Below are positions 24,401 to 37,537 of a stretch of DNA of 64,000 nt, piece after piece (position 1 is the stretch's first letter; the number at the start of each line of letters is the position of its first letter). Location: the NCBI GenBank assembly GCA_965649765.1, contig OZ287749.1, forward strand, positions 23,250,001-23,314,000, written 5' to 3'. The position numbers and the translations under genes were made by a program. The notes under the pieces were generated by a model. That model was given only the letters and a program-made list of their open reading frames with translations. It was not told the DNA's origin and did no database searches. Origin of the DNA: Bispira polyomma. Taxonomy: Eukaryota.

Positions 24401-27400
24401 TCTTTAAGGCATCTGGACGACAGCAAGTGACCAAACAAATAGAATGTTATCTAAAGGTTCCATAGGAAAGGTAAATCTTTTTAACTCATAGTTTTTGAAA
24501 GTGACATTAATTGTGAGAATTCAATTACATATGCCTCATTGTCAAGAGGAAATTCTCTTATATATTATAATTGTAAAGTTTTGCACAGAATAATAATAAT
24601 ATAATGTATATCATTATATAGTTGTATATAATTTGGGGCCTTGGGAGTTGTTTACACCTTGGACTTCTTTATATCTGTTTGGGGTCCTAGTTGTAATTTT
24701 TACAAATATCACAGTGTGTTATTAACCTACAAAATTTAAAACTTTTCGTAATCTTATTTCCTCATGTATTATTTACAACACAGTTTTGTCTAGGGATATA
24801 CACGTATAGTAAATGAATTATATAACAGGTAGTAACTCACCAGACCATGTGTAAATCATTACTTTTATCTCTGTAATGTCTATTTATGGTGGCTAGCTGT
24901 AAATACTAGGAATTCTCACTGGTGCACAAAGCATGTCTGCACAGGAAGTGTTTTATTGCAATCATTTCAGGGGTGATAAGCGAACTGTTTCATTTCATCT
25001 CACTTTCGAACCAGAACAGAAAAATAATCACTTTTCATATGAATCTTTGGATCAATAGTAATGGAAAATAATATATTATATATTAGATCTGGTGCCTTCT
25101 CTTTTGCAGTATCAACGCTATAAAACAAATTACGAGCCAATATCAGATCTTTCAGAAGCAAACTTAAAACTCATATCTTCATCCTCGTTTATCCTCCATA
25201 GAAATCTTTCTTGCCCACATCACCTCCCTGATCACGCTTTTAGCTAATTTGAGAATGATGTTTACTTATGTGGTTTTCTGACAGTTGTGAACTTTTAATA
25301 TGACATGAGATAATCTGAGTCATGCCCAATACATTTGCTTATACCGTTACAAATTATTATAAAAGTGCTTTCAATTTCTCAATTGTGCATTCTTAACGCC
25401 ACCAAAAGTGTTTCATACCATCAACGAATTTGTCATAGTTATATAATTTTTTTGAATGGTTTTCATTGATAAAGTTGAAATTTTCTATCACATTTAGATT
25501 AAAGTGGGGAGTTTGGGCAACTAATGTCAATTATACTACAAGATTTTTCATCTAACATTTTGCACATATATAGATAATTCATACTGCATAATGCCATTTA
25601 TTTTTTCCCCTACCCTATCACTTTAGTTGGAAGAAAAACTTGCCACATTTTGTTGAGATGTTTCATTGAATATTATAGGTATATCTGTTTTAAAGAATTA
25701 TTCTATGGCACATACATTATCTATTTGGTGTGTCTAATTAAGTACCTACTTTCTTATAAACACTTCATATAACACAGAATTTGTAATTCCCCAAGTGGCC
25801 TAATAGTTATACAGTTGGTCTGGTGATCAGAAGGTCCTCCTTTGACTCCTGAAAAGCATTGTATTTTTCATTTTTAATGCATCTGCGAAAGGATAAGAAC
25901 ATAAATAATTAACCAATCGAGAAGTGAAACCAGAAAGTGTTTCTCGTGATCTAAGCTCAACAGGGAGACTACAGCTCCAGTTCCAGCCATCTTAGTATGT
26001 TTTACCAATGAAACAATAAGTCACTCTCTCCTCTTGAGGTTAATGAAGGAAAGACGAATAGCAAGGTAGGAGGGATGCTGATAGACAACAGCTTTGAATT
26101 GGTGACATTGAGAAGTGAACTTAAGATTTAACCGGTTTGTGTGCCCACAAAATTTATCCCTACCCCCTCAATTATATACATCCTGTAGATATTTAGACAT
26201 AGATATAAAAGGATTGATAATACTAACATAGTTTTGTAGATAAGGTTACCTAAGGGCTTGTGGTTTCTCTGTTGTTAAGGTCATCTCAAATGCAGATCGT
26301 AGGGCAAATTAATACTGTATACAGTATGACATTTGGTGTATGCAAATCAATAAATTTTAGTTTCTGTTTGCCCCTCTTCATCCCTTAACAGTTAGCCACT
26401 GGCTTTTACAATCCCCTAGGGAGTACTTAGTGAAGATATTCCAGTCTAATCGCCAGTGCTTGCAAATATTTAATCAGCGAGTACATTTGGTTCATTTTCT
26501 AATAAAGTGGAGAATAAGTTGTAATATCAATGCAGGCATATAATAATATAAATACCAGTATCCACTCAGAAGTATATTATTTGGATAATAAAGTTTGCAC
26601 CTGGAGAAATATAATAACAAAATGTGATCATGGGTTGATGACATAATATACAAGATATACAGTGATGCAAATTAGCTAGATTTTGCTTTGTGTCTCACTG
26701 TCAGTCAGTATATGTTGTCCGAATCTATGTCCTACCAAGGCAACTTGAGTGAATAAAAGTGAAGGTAAAAACATCTCTGTAACACTGAAAGCCATAACAA
26801 TCAAATACACAATCAAACTCCACCCAGCGACAGGGGACCTTTACTGTAGCTCCACAAGTACAATAATAACCTAGCTATTCCTCAAATTGGTCCCATGAAA
26901 TTTGAAGGCCTCTAAAAATTAGTGGTATTCAAAATAAATATTGCCAAGGTTTAATAGAAGATAATTGTATGTTTACCAAGAGACAACAGGTAATGGGTTT
27001 TTTGGAAGCCATTGAACAAAATATCTGCCTTGAAGGAAAAAATAACTTAGATCCAATTTCAAGAATCTTGTTGTAACAGCTCTTTTTTTAGGAAGCTAAT
27101 CAATTGTAAACAGGCCATTCTCTTGTAGTTGCTTTTTCCCTGTCTGGCAGGTTATTTGTGCGGTGACTTTATAGTCAAAACTAATTGCTTCACATATATG
27201 TCTGCAATATAAAGCACAGTGAACTAAAAAGATTGTCCCAGATGACTGCTGATGTGAATATTTGGCAAGCACTCAAATCTTAAATAACCAGAAATAGGCA
27301 TTATGGCCAACTTGGGGACATACAAAAAAGATGCTTGGGGACATTGATATATGATCATTCTCAAGCATCCGTCACCATAACTACGCCTGTTTTTAATTGG

Positions 27401-28257
27401 GAATGAATGTGTATGTGCTATAAAGGAAAGAGCTACCTAAATCAGTAAATAATTTAAAAAAAAACAAATTAAAAAATTAAAGAAACAATCTGTCTGATAT
27501 CAGATTGTAATTAGAATTATAATCACTCCCAGAAAACAAAAAAGGCATGTGTTTAAAATATAATTCCAATTTATAATTTAGCGCTAGAATTTGAGTTTGT
27601 TTTAATATGCAAGAAAGCGAAGTTTAGCAATTCAATCTCAAATTTGTTCTGGATTTCTGTAAATTACTGCACCGAATTGAAAGATACCTTTCAGCAATAC
27701 AAAGAAACACAAAAAGCCTGACATTTAAACTTGGTTATCATATTGATATTACAGTATAAAAACATTTTGTATGACATTAATTATAGTACTGATATGTAAT
27801 TCAGGAGTAACTGCTAATGTAATAGAACTGCCCCAATACCCATGAGCAACCCTAATACCCAAGATAACTGAGTTTACAGCTACTTGGGCTATGACTCTTT
27901 GAGCTGTGTAGTTTAAAAAAACAAAAACAAATCATTGTCAATTTACTGTCACTAGATTCTCAAATATTTGTCTAGAAAAATAACATTGCATAAGACTCTG
28001 TAAGCACATGTAATGTCTTGATAATAAAATTACTGATATAAAGCACAATACAGATGAGATATGGTTATTAAATTAAACATCAAATGCCACCTGAGCAAGA
28101 TGTAGTAGAAGTACTTTTCTGCCATCTAGCATTTAAACAAAATAACTCAATGTGGTGCCTTTTGAGGATACTTTAGACAACTGAATAAAAGTTAGGAAAA
28201 TCAGATTACTACAACTAAAAACGGCTTGACCTTCACCAAGAGATGGATAGGTTGAAG

Positions 28258-29140
28258 TTACTGGGGAGTTTTAATGCACTGTTGGGCAGCTACTACTGGG
28301 CCCATGTAGAGAAAGTTTTTCTCGGACCAAGCCAGGGCCTTGAGGTAGAAGTGAGTGAACGTTGAATGAGATTTCCAGTGATATGCTAAGAGTATCTGGT
28401 CCGCTAATTCTCCACCTTGAAATGCTTTGGATGCAGCAAAGGCTCTGACATTGTGTGCTTTTACTTGAAGCAAATCCAACGAGTGGTCATTCGCTAGATT
28501 GTAACACAGTTGTATAGTGGACTTAATCCATAATGAGATGGTAGAAGTCCTGATTTCAGATGAGTGGCCTTTTTTGAAGGAGATAGTTTTCTATCTTTCC
28601 TGATTTCTGCTGTCTTGTCCAAGTAGAGATGGAGAACTCTGGCCAGGCATAACTTCCTGTCTGTGGTTAGGTTTCTATCTCGTGATGGGGTCAGGGCCGG
28701 GATGATGACTGTCGCGATACATTAACCGGTTCTGCTAAAAAATTTGGAGAAACTGGTACTGCTATTTTGTCCCAGTGACCGAGGTTTCTCGTGAAGGCAG
28801 CCATCCAAGCATAAATTTTGCTACATCTTTTACCCAAAGTGAGTGCCATGAGAAAAACAATTTTGTAGGTGAGATATTTTAACCCTGATTGGTACACAGG
28901 TTCAAATGGTAGTTATGTCAATTGATGCAACACTACTGATAGGTTGCACTTGGGTAAAGGTCTTGAACTTTTGGGCGATCCCTGTGGAAACTTATTAATA
29001 GGTGGTTGATATCTTGATTATGGCTGATATTCTGGTGTGTGGTACCTAAGGTACCTGCTATGGCCGTCCTATAGCCTTCTATGGTTGAAGGTCTAAGCTT
29101 TTGTTCGTGAAAAGAACATGAGGAAGTCTGCTATCTTTGC
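28258..29140 (-). pseudogene. Tyrosine recombinase pseudogene (DIRS1-like)
   Basis: LKYLTYKIVFLMALTLGKRCS (box I) and HNVRAFAAS / WKSHSTFTHFY (box II) in broken frames. Confidence 0.85.
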
Positions 29141-29269
29141 TATAGGTGGTTTTGAGAGGTCCACCTGCTCTTCCTGACACCATCGCTGAAACACGGCCCA
29201 CTACGATTTATAAACTGATCTTGTTGAGAGTCTTTGTGGTTCACCATTCTTATTAAAATTACTTGACTG

Positions 29270-29460
29270 TTGTATGTTCTTAACTTCTGAATTACTTTTG
29301 GGATTAAGATTGTCAGAGAAAAACAGTGCAGGTCGAGTGCTTTCCACGGTATGTTGAAAGCGTCCACTGCCCAGGCTGTTGGGTTGGGTAGTGGTGACAC
29401 GTATAATGGTTTGTGATTGTGCTGCATTGCAAACATGTCTATGTGTGGTGTGTGCCACCG
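29270..29460 (-). pseudogene. DNA methyltransferase-like (Dam-like) domain remnant of the DIRS1 element
   Basis: PHIDMFAMQHNHKPLYVSPLPNPTAWAVDAFNIPW..HCFSL..IPKVIQKLR, located between RNase H and YR as in DIRS1-group elements. Confidence 0.75.
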
Positions 29461-29529
29461 GAGGCACAGTTTCTTGAAGGTGTGATGACAAAGAGCATTC
29501 TGTTTGGGTGACCTGGTGTCGTTGGGACA

Positions 29530-30920
29530 GTGTCGACTATCACATTTAGGTGACCGGCTATGTGTCAGGCTCTAAGGGATGTTTGATTGGAGTTGCACCA
29601 TGTGTTGATTCCCCAAATTGGTGCACACATTTCGAGGGAATGTGTGCCCCTTGCTTGTTGACATAAGCCACGACTGATGTATTGTCTGTTGACACTAGAA
29701 CACTCTGTGATTTGCACTGTTGTTTGAAGTGGAGAAGTGCCCAATAAACTGCTTTCAGTTCTAAAACGCTGATGTGAAGTGGTCGTTTGGCATTTGACCA
29801 CTGACCTCATATAGTGCCTTGGTTTAAGTGTGTGCCCCAGCCGACATTTGAGGTGTCGGTAAATAGGAGAACGTTGTGTTCTCTGGAATGTAGAGAATCT
29901 CCTTGCAGTATGTTTTCTGGTTTTGCCACCAGAGGAAATTGTGTTGTCTATTGGGATCAAATTTTCTAGAATTTTTGGTGTCCTCCAGAATTTTTTAAGG
30001 TGCCACTGTAGTGCGCGTAGTTGAAGTTTCCTGCCGGAGATAAGTTTCTCTGCCGATGCGAGAATGCCTATCATTGACATCCAGGACTTCACTGATGTCT
30101 GTGTTTTGTTTAATAGTGCTCAGGTAGTATATGTTATCTTCTGACATTTGTCCTTTGTCAGTGTGACTGGGTCTTATTTGATGTTGAACAGATATCCTAC
30201 AACTCGAAGTCCTGTGTGGGTGAGAGTTCGGATTTCTTATAGTTTATGATTAAACATAGTTGAGTGACCAGTTGGATGGTGGTGTGTGTGTGTTTGAGAC
30301 ATTCGTGGACTGATGAGGCTCGGATCAGCCAGTCGTCTAAGTATTGGTGTAGTCGTATCCCTAGTATCTGAGCCATGAGTTTCAATTCTTTGGTCATTAG
30401 TGTAAACTCCTGCGGGGCTGTGGCTAGTCCAAATGGTAGTGCTCTGAACTGGTGCGAGATGTTCCTGTGATGGAATCTGAGGAACTTTCGTGACCTTTGA
30501 TGAATCGGTCAGCGTAAGTCTGTGTCAGTGAGGTCTAGGGACATGACCCACTCGTCTTTTTGTAGTGACATTCTGATGGACTGTTTTCATTTTGAAATGT
30601 CTTACTTTTAAGAACCGGTTTAGTGCTCTCAGGTCTATTATTGGTCTCCAGCGGTTCCTCGGTTTGGGGACTAGGAATAGTTGACTGTAAAAACCTTGGA
30701 ACGTGCATTGGTAACGATAACCACTACTTTTTTGTGTAAAAGTTCTTCTATGCAAGTATAAAGAGCACAGTCTCTCTTCTGGTCTGTATATCCGCTAATC
30801 ACTATTGGTGTTCGTGCTAACAGAGGTTTGTGGTGAAATAGTAATTGATATCCGTGTTCAAGTATCTGTACTTCCCTTTCCATGGTTCCCTTTACCATCC
30901 AAAAATGCAGGAAACGAGCC
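29530..30920 (-). pseudogene. RT/RNase H pseudogene (DIRS1-like)
   Basis: ORFs 30671-30898, 30525-30755, 30197-30397 (YLDD) and 29565-30092; multiple frameshifts. Confidence 0.88.
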
Positions 30921-31001
30921 CCACCCTGGGAGGGCTGTGCTGCTGTGGGTAGTCATTGTCTTTTTCCACCTCTGTCCCTGGGTGGAAAGGGCTTCTTAAA
31001 G

Positions 31002-32290
31002 TTACCTCCACCTCTGTGTTTGTAGAGCTGTGTATCTTTTGTCGGACTTAATAGACTTGTGAGCTTTTTCCGCTATTGATTCTTCAAACAGATTTGGATC
31101 TTGAAAGCTAGACGCCCTGAGATCCGACTTGAGTTGGCCAGGAACAAACTGGTGTGCATTTGCTAATACTGCATCCCGTCTCAGTAGGATGGAGTTTTCA
31201 ATCATGTGCATAATATCCATGGTGAGGTGACCCATTACTTTGGAAAGGCTAACGGTGGTCCTCCTTGCTACAGCGATGTTTTCGTCCTTTGTTTTGTTGT
31301 CTGTTTCTGCTTGAGCCTTAATGAGAGCTATTTTTGTGGCTCTCATGAAGTGCAAGGAGTGGTTTAAACTGCATAGCCATTCCTTATATCTGGCTTCCAT
31401 CTGCTTGACTTGTTTTTGAAACACTGAGCATAGTGGGGCCTGCTTAGTATTGTTTTGTTCAATTCCCTGGAAACTATCTTTGACACTCTGTGGTGTAATG
31501 GACCATGACGGTTTACGTAGAGGGTAGCACTTAATATACGATTTGGTAATTTTCAGGAGTTCACCTTGTTGCATCTTGCACTGGTAATGGCATCCCATTT
31601 GTCTTGTAAGTCAAGGCAAGGTAGTTTCATAGATGGTGGTGATTTAAGGCAGTCTGACCGGGCAGCGTCTGGATCACGAAACATAAGATCAACCGGTGCC
31701 ACTTTAATGGTAAAGGGGTTCATCAGGTTCTGGTATGTTTAGAACTTTCCTCACTGCTGTGAGTGTTTCTAGATATGTTGGGAAGTAGTCTGGGTCATCT
31801 CGCGCTAGGCCAGTTGTGGAGTCCTCATCTGTACGTCATCATCTGTCATGCTGAATGACCTACATTAGATTTTCAGCCATGAGGCTTTTTTAGTTTTCTT
31901 GTTTGTATTGGCAATAGCCTTAGCTCTGTCTAAAGCTTCTGTAAAATTTATAGGTTCATTGTCATCAAGTTCTCCATATTCTAGTTTACCGTCTTTGTCA
32001 ACAGGAGGGGAAGTTGTTTTGGTCCTTTTCCGTGGGACAACTCTCAGGTTGTTTCTTGCGAGGAGTTGGTTCTTCTGATAAACTTGAGGAGTCAGACTCT
32101 GGGGAAGGTGTGCATCTATATGGAAACGTGCTAGCTCTGATCGTTCCTCTGTCATTGAGTCACAAAGTCCACAATGCGAGGCTTTCTTGGCACAGGGGTC
32201 GTAACCTTTGTGATCTTCCCTACATGTAGGGCATCACCGGTGAGGGTCCCACAGGGCATACAAATGCCCACTTTTTCCGGGTTTTGTCCC
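31002..32290 (-). pseudogene. gag-like ORF1 pseudogene (DIRS1-like)
   Basis: ORFs 31002-31598 (..NSILLRRDAVL..LRASSFQDPNLF) and 31865-32155, plus the Cys-rich N-terminus at ~32160-32275. Confidence 0.75.
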
Positions 32291-33631
32291 TTATCATCTT
32301 TCTTCTTTGGTGTTAAGGCATAGATCAGTGCAGTAATTAGGGCAGCTAAAACTACCAGTCCAACGATTATGGGAGTCAGCCAAGATTCTGTTTGCTATAG
32401 AGAAAAGATGGGTCTAGTTTCTGCTATCGAGGAGGTGCAACAAGTAAAAAACACTGTGTATATCCAATATTTGCTGTATATCCAAGCTCCTGTGGGAGTA
32501 GAGGTCATATGGGACCCGATTTTGGACCTAGATCCAAAACGGTCCACACTGAGAAAGATCATCTAGACCGAGTCCGTATCCAGTGACCAAAAGGTTAAAT
32601 TCAAAGTCTAGTCCCAAAACATACAGTAGGCTGTGATACACTGCATGACGTCAGCACACACGTGTGACCCAATACTAGACCAAAGTCTAGCACGAGTTAC
32701 ACTATTGACAATAATTAAAAATGAGTCTGTTTTTACTATCCAAATTGTTTTAATTGTGAACAATATATATATCTTACCCAGCAGGGAGAACAGTATCATC
32801 CAGGATGTTCTGAGAAGAACGGCCAAGCTGCATATATGCAGGAAGGACACGATTTTGAATCTAAGTCTAGAATGGTCCCCGAAAATCACACTAACAAACG
32901 AGTCAGTCACACTGTTCCATATAACCATTGCTAGGTTTATGTAGACTAATTGACACAAGTGGGTGCGTACTAATACCAAGAGCAACCGGCATAACCTCTT
33001 TTTTCTTTTGGGTTCTGACCGCTCCAGGTAGGCGAGCTACCGGTAAGCATACAGTTACACTGGGTGAGTAATTGTTTTGCAATAAAATGTAAACATGGAG
33101 GAAATAATATTTTACCGACATATATTTCTGAGTATATAACCACAGGGTACTTGGAATAGGCCGTTTAAAAGATTTGTTTTTAAATTCAGTACTGGGTAAA
33201 ATATTGTTTTCTCGTCATATACGTGAACATAATTCACATTTTTAACTTTAAACCACGATATTCTTACCTATTTTTTTATTTGTCGGGACTTGAAGCAGGT
33301 GTATATGAGTGACAGACAATGAAAGAATTTGATGCAAATTAGGCAATCTATCATCGTTAGTAGCACCTCCAAAGCACCAACTTCCATACAAGGATATTTA
33401 ACTGTTTCTGACATTTGTCTCAGCAGTAATAGCTCTCATATATTACCTTATACCTGTGGCATCTAGCCATGGTATTTCCAGCTAATCGACAGCTGATTAT
33501 TAGGTCTGTCGAGTCATTGTTTACAACAAATAAAACGAAAATACACTACAGCTCCAAAACTTTGGTAAATACTGGGTTCAATATGCCACGGCATAGCTGA
33601 TTTAGCTTCTGAATGTTAGGACTTTGGGCAA

Positions 33632-35692
33632 TGACTAGGGGAGGTCTAATACAGTCGCAACTTGAGTTTTTGCTTCTTTCTGTGCAATTAGAATATTTAA
33701 CAAAAAATGTCAAGGTCAAAGCTGGAATTCTCGTTTCATTAGTTTTAGAAATTACAGAAAGTGAAAAAAGAGGATGGGGACTGTGTAAAGATGATCAAAG
33801 ATTTAATCACTGAAAATCACTGAAATCAAAATTAAGGTACACATTAGCAATAAAATTACTCTTTGGGACTATGTAAAATGTCATATTATAAGTCACACTA
33901 TATACTATGCGAGTACAAGGGCAAAGCAAAACAGAAAATTTAGAAAGATTTAATCTTAAAAATAAATGAACTGGAACAAAATATAAAAACAGAGGATAAT
34001 GATAGGTACTTAAAATATTTGCAGTGTAAGCACAAGTGGGGGAATTTAATTTTTTTTTTAATAAAGGAATCATTCTAAGATCTAAGACAAATGAGTGGAA
34101 GATGGAGAAAAAAACCCAAAATAACTTCTTAAATCTAGAAAAGAAAAATTATAATAATAAATACATCAGAAAGTTAATAACCAAGGAAAATAAAAAATTA
34201 ACGTCTCAGGAAGACATAATTGAAGAAGAAGTACCTTTTTACAAAAATCTGTACATAGCAAAAAGTGTCCATACTTTAGAGGTAGAGAAAAAAATTCTCA
34301 ATAACATTCTAAAATTGAATGAAACAGATAGCATGTTATGTGACAAAATGCTATCAATGGAAGAATTCACCAAGGCCCTGAGACTTTTACCAACTTTTTG
34401 GGGATTGACTTGAAAGAGTTAATATTCATTCAAAAATACACCTTAAGGGAGGAACAAAGATGAGGAGTGCCTAATCTTATTCCAAAAGGTAAAGAAGATC
34501 TACATTACCTGTCAAACTGGCGAACTGTTAGCCTTTTACAAATATATTAAAAAATTTTGACAAAAGCTCTAGCGTTCAGATTACAAAAGGTTTTACTTCA
34601 TATTGTAAGTACAGATCAAGTAGGTTATATATCTGGCAGATACATTGGGAAAAACACAAAAACGATAGCCAATCTTATGGTTTATATAGTAAAAAAAAGA
34701 TTTCAGGATTTTTTGCTTTAATAGATTTTCCAAAAGCATTTGATTTAATAGAATGGTCCTACTAATTTAAAAGTTTAGAAAAATTAAATTTTAGTCCAAA
34801 TTGGTCTAAACATGTTTACTGATCCAAAGAAGCCATGTGCACTCAGACCCTTTAAAACATTTAGTATTTGGTTCTCCAATACTATAAATTAAATGGTAGA
34901 TCTAAATTTCAAAGACAGGCTAGCCAATATGAAAAAAATGCTTTTCATTTGGAACTCAAGAAACTTATCATTTTTAGAATGACATAACTGGAATGACACT
35001 TTTATGCTTCCATTTAAGGTGATCAAAGAAACACACATGCACAGCTTTCAGTATAAAGTATTACACATAATTATACCTGTAATTATAATCTTTTTAAGTA
35101 CGGAATTAAAGACTCTCCAGAATGTATCTTCTGTAGAAGTGTTAATAATGTCTCACACCACCTGTTGGAATGTCATGAATGTATTGACTTCTGGAAAAAT
35201 TAGGACAGTGGTTGTATAAAAAAAAACATGAATGTTAAATGTAAATTTACAGTGTGTGAAATACCTGTGGGTTTACCTGTAGCAAGTGATAATATAATTC
35301 AAGTACTAAATTTTGTCTTTATTTTAGCAAAACATTTCTCATTAACAAACACACAAGCAAAAATAAAAACCTGTCATTTCAAAACATCATTTATTTATTA
35401 AAAGTAAATGTGAGGTACATCTTAGCTTAGAAAGAATGACACCTAATGAGGAATTAGATTCACCTATATTAAATTATTATGAATTATTACTCACTGAGTA
35501 ACATAGTTTCTGCATTAGTTTAATACTTTTTGATCAGCTAAGACTGATATATCGGTGACTTTGATTATTTGTTCTGTGTGGAAAACTGTGAATGTGGGAT
35601 AGTGAAAATTGTACTACTTGCCATGTATGTATTGTGAAAACATTTTGATGTCTTGTTATGAAAAATAAAATATTAAAAATTTAAAAAAATTA
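33632..35692 (+). mobile_element. L1/Tx1-like non-LTR retrotransposon relic (ORF2 fragments)
   Basis: KGIILRS..FLNLEKKNYNNKYIRKL; NWRTVSLL..KILTKALAFRLQKVL..STDQVGYISGRYIG; IDF.KAFD.IEW; HSFQYKVLH; C-terminal Cys motif region; A-rich tail at ~35660-35692. Large internal deletions; 5' boundary approximate. Confidence 0.82.
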
Positions 35693-36882
35693 AAATTTGA
35701 CAATGATGTTGTGCTTTTGAAGATGCCTGGCATTAGGCTCGCTAAAAATCCATTATATCATATTCACTGACTAATTGAAGCAATGTTCTGTTTACTTATG
35801 TGGTTTTCTAACAGTTGTAAATTCTTAATATGCCATGAGATATGTTAGTCAATTTTCTATGACATTTAGATTTAAGCGGGCAGTTTTGGCAACTGTCAAT
35901 TATACTACAAGATTTTTCATCTCACATTTTGCACATATTAGATACTTCTTGATGAATAATTCAACCAACATAATGCCCCTTTATTTTTCTCTCACTCTAG
36001 CACTTTGGTTAGAGTAAAAACTTAATGACATTTCCATTCAATCTTCACCTAAAACCTAACATATATTTAAAATGCCACATTTTGTTCAGTGTTTCAGGAG
36101 ATGTCAGTTTTTTTTTTAAAAAACACGCTTTTTTGAGTAATATATGTATTTCTGTTTGAAAAAATTGTAGGAAAGATGAATAGCAAGGTAAGAAGGCTGC
36201 TGTAAAACAACAGCTTTTAAGTGGTGACATGGGGAAGTGACTTTAAGATTCAACTGCTTAGTTTAGCAGACTTGCTCTCATAGGTGATATTCGCCTTGAT
36301 GATATATTATCCTTTTTTATGTTTTTAGGACATCTACTTTTATTATTTTAGAATTTTAAGCCTTTTCAATTATTCGTCAATTACATGAATCCTGTAGATA
36401 TTTAGACCTAGATATACAAGTATTGATAATACTAACATAGTTCTGTAGATAAGGTTACCTGAAGGTGTGTAGTTTGTCTGCACTTAAGGGCATTTTAAAT
36501 ACAGGTCTTAGTAGTGTAATATATTTAATGTATGTAACGTATTTAATATTTAACTTATGTAAATCTATACATATTGGTTTCTGTTTGCCCCTCTTCCTGC
36601 ATTAGCAGTTAGCCACTGGATTGTACTATCCCTTAGGGAAGGTAGTACTTAGTGAATATAGTTCAGTCTATGTGCCACTACTACAAATTATGATAAGCAA
36701 ATATTTAATCTGCGAGTACATTTGGTTATTAATTCACTTCCTAGTAATGTGGACTAAAGGTTGCAATATTAGTGTAAGATACAGGCATACTTTTTGGATA
36801 ATAAAGTTTGCACTTATCTTTGGAGAAATATAACATCAAAATGTGATCTAAGGTTGTGATTTTGCTTTGTGTCTCATGAATT

Positions 36883-36936
36883 ATCCTTAAAACACTGTCA
36901 GTTAGTATAATCCTTAAAACACTGTCAGTCAGTATA
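36883..36936. repeat. 27-bp tandem duplication within a macro-repeat copy
   Basis: atccttaaaacactgtcagt.agtata x2; single in the sister copies. Confidence 0.85.
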
Positions 36937-37537
36937 CGTTGTCCAAATCTATGTCCTACTAATGCAACTTGATTGAATAAAAGTGGAGGTAAACACATCT
37001 CTGTATTACTGAAAACCATAACAACCAAAGACACTATCGGTTCCAACCAGAAAGCAGGTGACCTTTCCTATTGCTCTACAAGTACACTAAACTAGCTCTT
37101 CATCAAATTGGTCCCATGATATGTAAAGCCCACTCAAAATGACCCAAGGAGTGATATTCACAGGAAACATTTAGAAGGTTTAATAGAAGATCATTTTATG
37201 TTTACAGAGAAAAAATAGTTTGAGTGAGTTTTTTTGCAAAACAATAGAACAGATCTTTGCTTTCAAGCAAACCAATAACGTACATCTTATTACAAGAAAC
37301 TTATTATAACAGCTCGTTTTATAGGAATTTATTGTGGAATAAGCCATTCCTGGGATGTTATTTGTGTGGTGCCTTTACAGTATAAACTAATTGCATCACA
37401 TATATGTATGCCACATAAAACATGGTGAACTAAAGGATTGTCCTGGATAACTAATAATGTGAATATAAGGCAAGCTATCAAACCATAAAAACCAGATATA
37501 GTCATTTTGGCTTATTTGGTGACAGACTTGGTTTAGA

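Larger units (their letters stand above)
28242..33070 (-). mobile_element. DIRS1-like retrotransposon (gag-RT-RNase H-MT-YR), decayed; termini not recognisable
   Basis: Cys-rich gag start (GHLYALWDPHR*CPTCR..DPC..HCGLC). RT GFYSQLFLVPKPRNRWRPIIDLRALN, FRALPFGLATAP, HQYLDDWLI. RNase H ..GTHSLEMC. MT-like DMFA..YVSPLPNPTAWAVDAF. YR KAHNVRAFAAS..WKSHSTFTHFY. Confidence 0.92.
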
